Source of the DNA: the human T2T-CHM13v2.0 reference genome, Homo sapiens
Reading direction: 5' to 3' (one strand)
DNA length: 64,000 bases
NCBI RefSeq assembly: GCF_009914755.1
Contig: NC_060928.1
A model generated the notes under the pieces. The model made no database searches. It was not told where the DNA came from and saw nothing but the letters and a program-made list of their open reading frames with translations. Shown one piece after another: positions 55,484 to 64,000 of this stretch; the first letter of the stretch is position 1, and every line of letters begins with the position of its first letter. Both the position numbers and the translations under genes were made by a program.

Positions 55484-56959
55484 TTGTACACATTTATGCC
55501 GAGAGTCTAAAGTCCTAACACTTAAGAACCTCACTTGCCTGTCTCTAATATTCCTTCCCCCTTCAGCATGCTGTAAAAGGATAGATGAATACTCTATCCT
55601 AACCAGTTATAATCAGCCTTATATTGTAACTTCACTGTGACTTTGCATCTCCCATGACCCCTGCCTAGAATATGATACATCTCCTCTCAAACTACCCAAC
55701 TCCTGTCTGTCCTGCAAGGCCCATTTGGAATCCATCTTCACTGCCTAATATTGCTATACCCATCCCTTCTCCAGACTCCAGACATCCCTGTTATCTATTT
55801 GTTTAGCACTTAATGTGTGCTTCCATGTATTATTATCTTCTCATGAAATGGATATTCCTTCAATAAGATCATAAAAATCTACAGAGAATGGACTTCTTCC
55901 TTTTTATATCTTCTTCAACCCCTAATAAGTCCTTGGACACATAAGACACTCAATTTATAAACAATTGCTAATTTTGTAGATTAAGGAAAGAAGGTGAATG
56001 AAAGGAGATTTCAAACTAGCACACTGTGTTTGAATATAATTCTGAGAAATATAAATCAATAACCTGGGAATCATCTACCAAGACCTCTGAGGAGGCAAAT
56101 ATTCCAGCCATAAGTTTTTCTTCTCATTCTATGAAACTTTCCTAGAATCAGTTTAATGTGGCCCTGATGCTACAAATAAACTAATCCTGATATCAGTGTT
56201 TCTAAGTTGCCGTAAAGAATATAGTAATGGGCTACAGAGAAAATCCCAGGCTAAATGAGAAGAAAAAAATTCCTGGAAAGTTCATAAACTAAAAGTAATA
56301 AAAACTTTATTTCCTTCTATTTAGATGGCCCATGGGTTAAATTTTAATGTACTATTCTTTTAGGTTTTTTATGTGTGTAATTGGACCCATGGAAATGCAT
56401 GAATACCTATTCCATTTCCTCACCTCTCAGTCATTCCTCAACCCATTGTGGTCTGGCTTCTATTCCCACCACTTCCTTGAAATTATTCTATACAAGGTCA
56501 CTGGAACCTCCCTATTGCTAAATACAATGGGTGCTTCTCAGGCCTTATCTCTCTGTTTTTTTTTTTTTAATTCATTGTCGGCAACAAAAAATGGAATTGC
56601 TGGTTTACCTTAAATTAAATTAAATGATGCATCTAGGTTGATGTCTAGATCATCTGCTTAAACCAGCAGAATAGAGAGTTCATGTGTCCTTTTAGAGGAT
56701 GATGAGGAGGGAAAGGAATATTAATTTAGAAGGTTATGTTGGTTTAAAATTAATCATTTAAAAATTTATCAGTTAAAAAGGTTGAAGTTATTTATCAAGT
56801 ATTTCATTCATTCAACAAATATTTCTTGAATATCGCCTAAATGTCAGACATTATGCTAGTTATGGGCATAGCGGAGGCTTTCCAGGTAAACCCAGTCCTT
56901 TGCCTCATGGACCATACAGACTATTGCAGAGTCCATATTAAGACATATATAACTGCAGG

Positions 56960-57507
<548 letters not shown>

Positions 57508-57553
57508 TCATGTGAGGATAGTGACATGCTCAGATTTGCATATTAAAGATTCA

Positions 57554-61395
<3,842 letters not shown>

Positions 61396-62954
61396 TGTAT
61401 ATATATACATATATATGTATTCAAGACTGGAAGAAATGTAGAGGAAAGAGATATGTGAGGCAAGACTGGATGCAGAGGGCGGCAGCAGTAACAGAGTGTA
61501 TGTGTATTGAATACTTACAGCATGCCAGGCAAAAGACAGAGTGGCTAGACATATTATCTGATTTCATCTCTACTACAATCCCATAAGGTAGGTACAATTT
61601 TCCCCATTACACAAAGAGGATGTTGGAGCTTCAAGAGATTAACTAAGAGATATTTATAAGTTATTATGACAAGACTTATGTGCATTTGATATGGGAAGGG
61701 GAAAGAAAAAGTGAGGAGTCAATATTAACATCCAGTTTCACAGCTTAGTTCAGTGAGCAGATAGTAATACCTATCACTAAGATGGGCAAAACAGGAATAC
61801 CAAAAGGTTTTGATGGAGAAAGAGATGGAGTTGATGAGTTTTGTTTGAGACAGGTTTAGACCTGTTGAGTTGGGGAAAAGAAAAGAGTTAGACATCAATT
61901 GTCAGCTGGGTGCGCAAGGCTGAATCTCAAGAGAGAAATCTGAAGTAAGCCAACTCATGTAGAAAGCATCTACAGATAGATAATCACAGCCATATGAGTC
62001 CTTGAAGATATACAGAAAGAGTGTGTGACATCAAAATAAAACAGGCTCGAGATGGAAACCTGAGGAGCACTAATATTTAAAGAATGAGCAAAGGAAATCA
62101 AAATTGAAAAGCAGCAGCCAGAGAAGTAAGAAAAACATGGCACAAACAGCTGCAAGCAAGGAAAGAATGTGTTTCAGGTAGGATGTAATCAACACCAACA
62201 AAATTATCAGAGCGGTGAGGCCTGAGAAGCACCCACTGAACCTAACAATAAGGTGGTTCCATGTGACTTGGTATAAATTTCAGGGAAGTGGTGGGGACAG
62301 AAAAAAGCCAGAACCAATGGTTTGAATAGTGACTGAGAGGTGAGAAAACAGAACAGGCATTCGCACCTTTCTATGGTCCAGTTATACACAGTAAATGAAA
62401 CACAAAGATCATGGAATATTCAGGTTAGTCAGAGCACCGTGGCCTTGCTAATACAGCATCTGATTAAAGTTAGCCCAAGGAAAAAGAACTGAGGATTCAA
62501 AATTGGAATGTCTGGTCTCCCAGAAAAATCTGGGGACTTTGTCTAACTTTTACCAAATGACTTATTCGTATCTCAGTTTCTGGGGGAACTGATATGTCCC
62601 AATTTTCTCACAATATTGTTTCGAGTATCAAATGTTAATTGTCAGGAAATAACTTTGCAAGGTTAAAAACTAGTTTGTAGAGGAAGTAATAATGAGTTTT
62701 AGGGCCGGCCCTGATTATTGCAAGTACAACTTTAACAAGGGGAAGAAAAGACATTTTTTCCCTCTTTTCACTCAAACAAGAGGGGAACATCAGCAGAGAA
62801 CATATGCCAGCTTCAAATAAATGATTGTACAGTTCCCAGTGGCTTCAAGAAAATGGCATTAGTTCTACCTTGACATTCAGGCACTTGGATGACACAAGAG
62901 GCACTTGGCTTTTTGGAAAATAAGTCCTTCTGTGGGATGATACTCTTCAGCATG

Positions 62955-63205
62955 AGAGGCAATAGTGGAAAGTGCATCGGTTATAGAATCCAGTCACCCT
63001 GGAATGGAATATGTGCTCTGCCAATATGAGTCATCTGATTTAAAGTGAGTTACTTAACCTACCTAAGGTTGAGTTTCCTCAAGGGAATAACAAGAGTGTT
63101 TACTCCATGGGATCAGGAGGTTTAACAGAATGGTGTATAAAGAAGAACTGAGCAGGATGCCTGGAACACAAGAAGTGCTCCGTAATTGTTAGTAAATATT
63201 CTTAC
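62955..63205 (+). mobile_element. MIR
   Basis: GTGAGTTACTTAACCT...GAGTTTCCTCA; end GAAGTGCTCCGTAATTGTTAG. Confidence 0.7.
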
Positions 63206-64000
63206 TAGGACAGGACCTGTTTCCTCTGCCACAGTAAAGGCCCTACCCACAACATTTACTTAAACAGCGTTCATCCCAAGACTAGAGACAGAGCCAGTGT
63301 CTAGCTGTTCATGCTAATGTGTAGGTGAAGTAACCGAATAATATACTTACGTTCTGGGGAACTCTGCTCCTGAAGAAAACTGTAGAGCATTATGATTTAA
63401 CATTCAAACTCTATTACCTGGTACCATCATAGCATGCATCTCTTAACATAAGGGACTGCATGTTTTATAGAACATATGATGAATATTTATATAAAGCAGG
63501 AACTTTTGCCAAGCTCAGAATCGGTGTACTGATTTTACTGTTCGCTGAAGTTCGGGCTAACTTTCTGTTTCCCTGTCGCTGAAGAGATACATCTCTCACT
63601 TCTTCCAGTTAGACTAAAATAATGCTCATTCTCTTATCTGTTTTCTATCCAACAGGGTTCAGCTAAATGCAGAGGGTCCTGGATTCTTCGGCTTGCAAAA
63701 CCCATATAGAGGTCCATACAGATTTAGAAGTAGATCTCAATTTAAAACCGCAATTCTATCCATTTCTGGAAGTATTATATGGTTCCCCAAACATTCACAT
63801 TTCAGTGGTGATGCCAATCTGGGGCAAAAATAATAAAATAAAGCCAACTTCTAAATGTAGCATCAGAAGTCCTCTGGAAGGGAGGTAATAATTTCAATGC
63901 ACATTGAAGTACTCAAATTATTTTATTAGTCTCTACTCCTAAGGTTTACATTTTCAAGAATTTACTACCAGTGTTTGGAGAAAGGGAAGTGGAGGTAAAC

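Overview
Primate (human-like) genomic DNA, AT-rich and dominated by repeats. It lies inside SLC39A8 (ZIP8, a LIV-1/ZIP-family Zn/Mn/Fe/Cd transporter), which is transcribed on the minus strand. Four internal coding exons with canonical AG/GT ends are present: 44047-43885, 35822-35653, 33329-33207 and 32698-32534 (163+170+123+165 nt, about C74-Q280; exons 3-6 as I recall the numbering). The rest is intron: a full-length and a 5'-truncated L1PA7-like element, a near-complete Tigger1, an ERVL/LTR33 relic, solo LTRs (MER31, MER61, MLT1, MLT2), about ten Alus and many MIR/L2 fragments. Repeat subfamily names come from recalled consensus sequences and need RepeatMasker confirmation. I see no new multi-gene system. 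The best leads are (1) an antisense Alu that has gained an ATG and a GT donor in frame with exon 3 (MHQHAQ-CLTAEE...), (2) two L1 copies 54 kb apart that share disabling mutations, (3) an AG|GTGAGT recursive-splice or micro-exon motif in intron 6, (4) a stop-free 621-nt exon 3-6 block that could circularise, (5) an L1 ORF0-like antisense ORF pointing toward the 3' exons, and (6) three fold-back or inverted-duplication scars.
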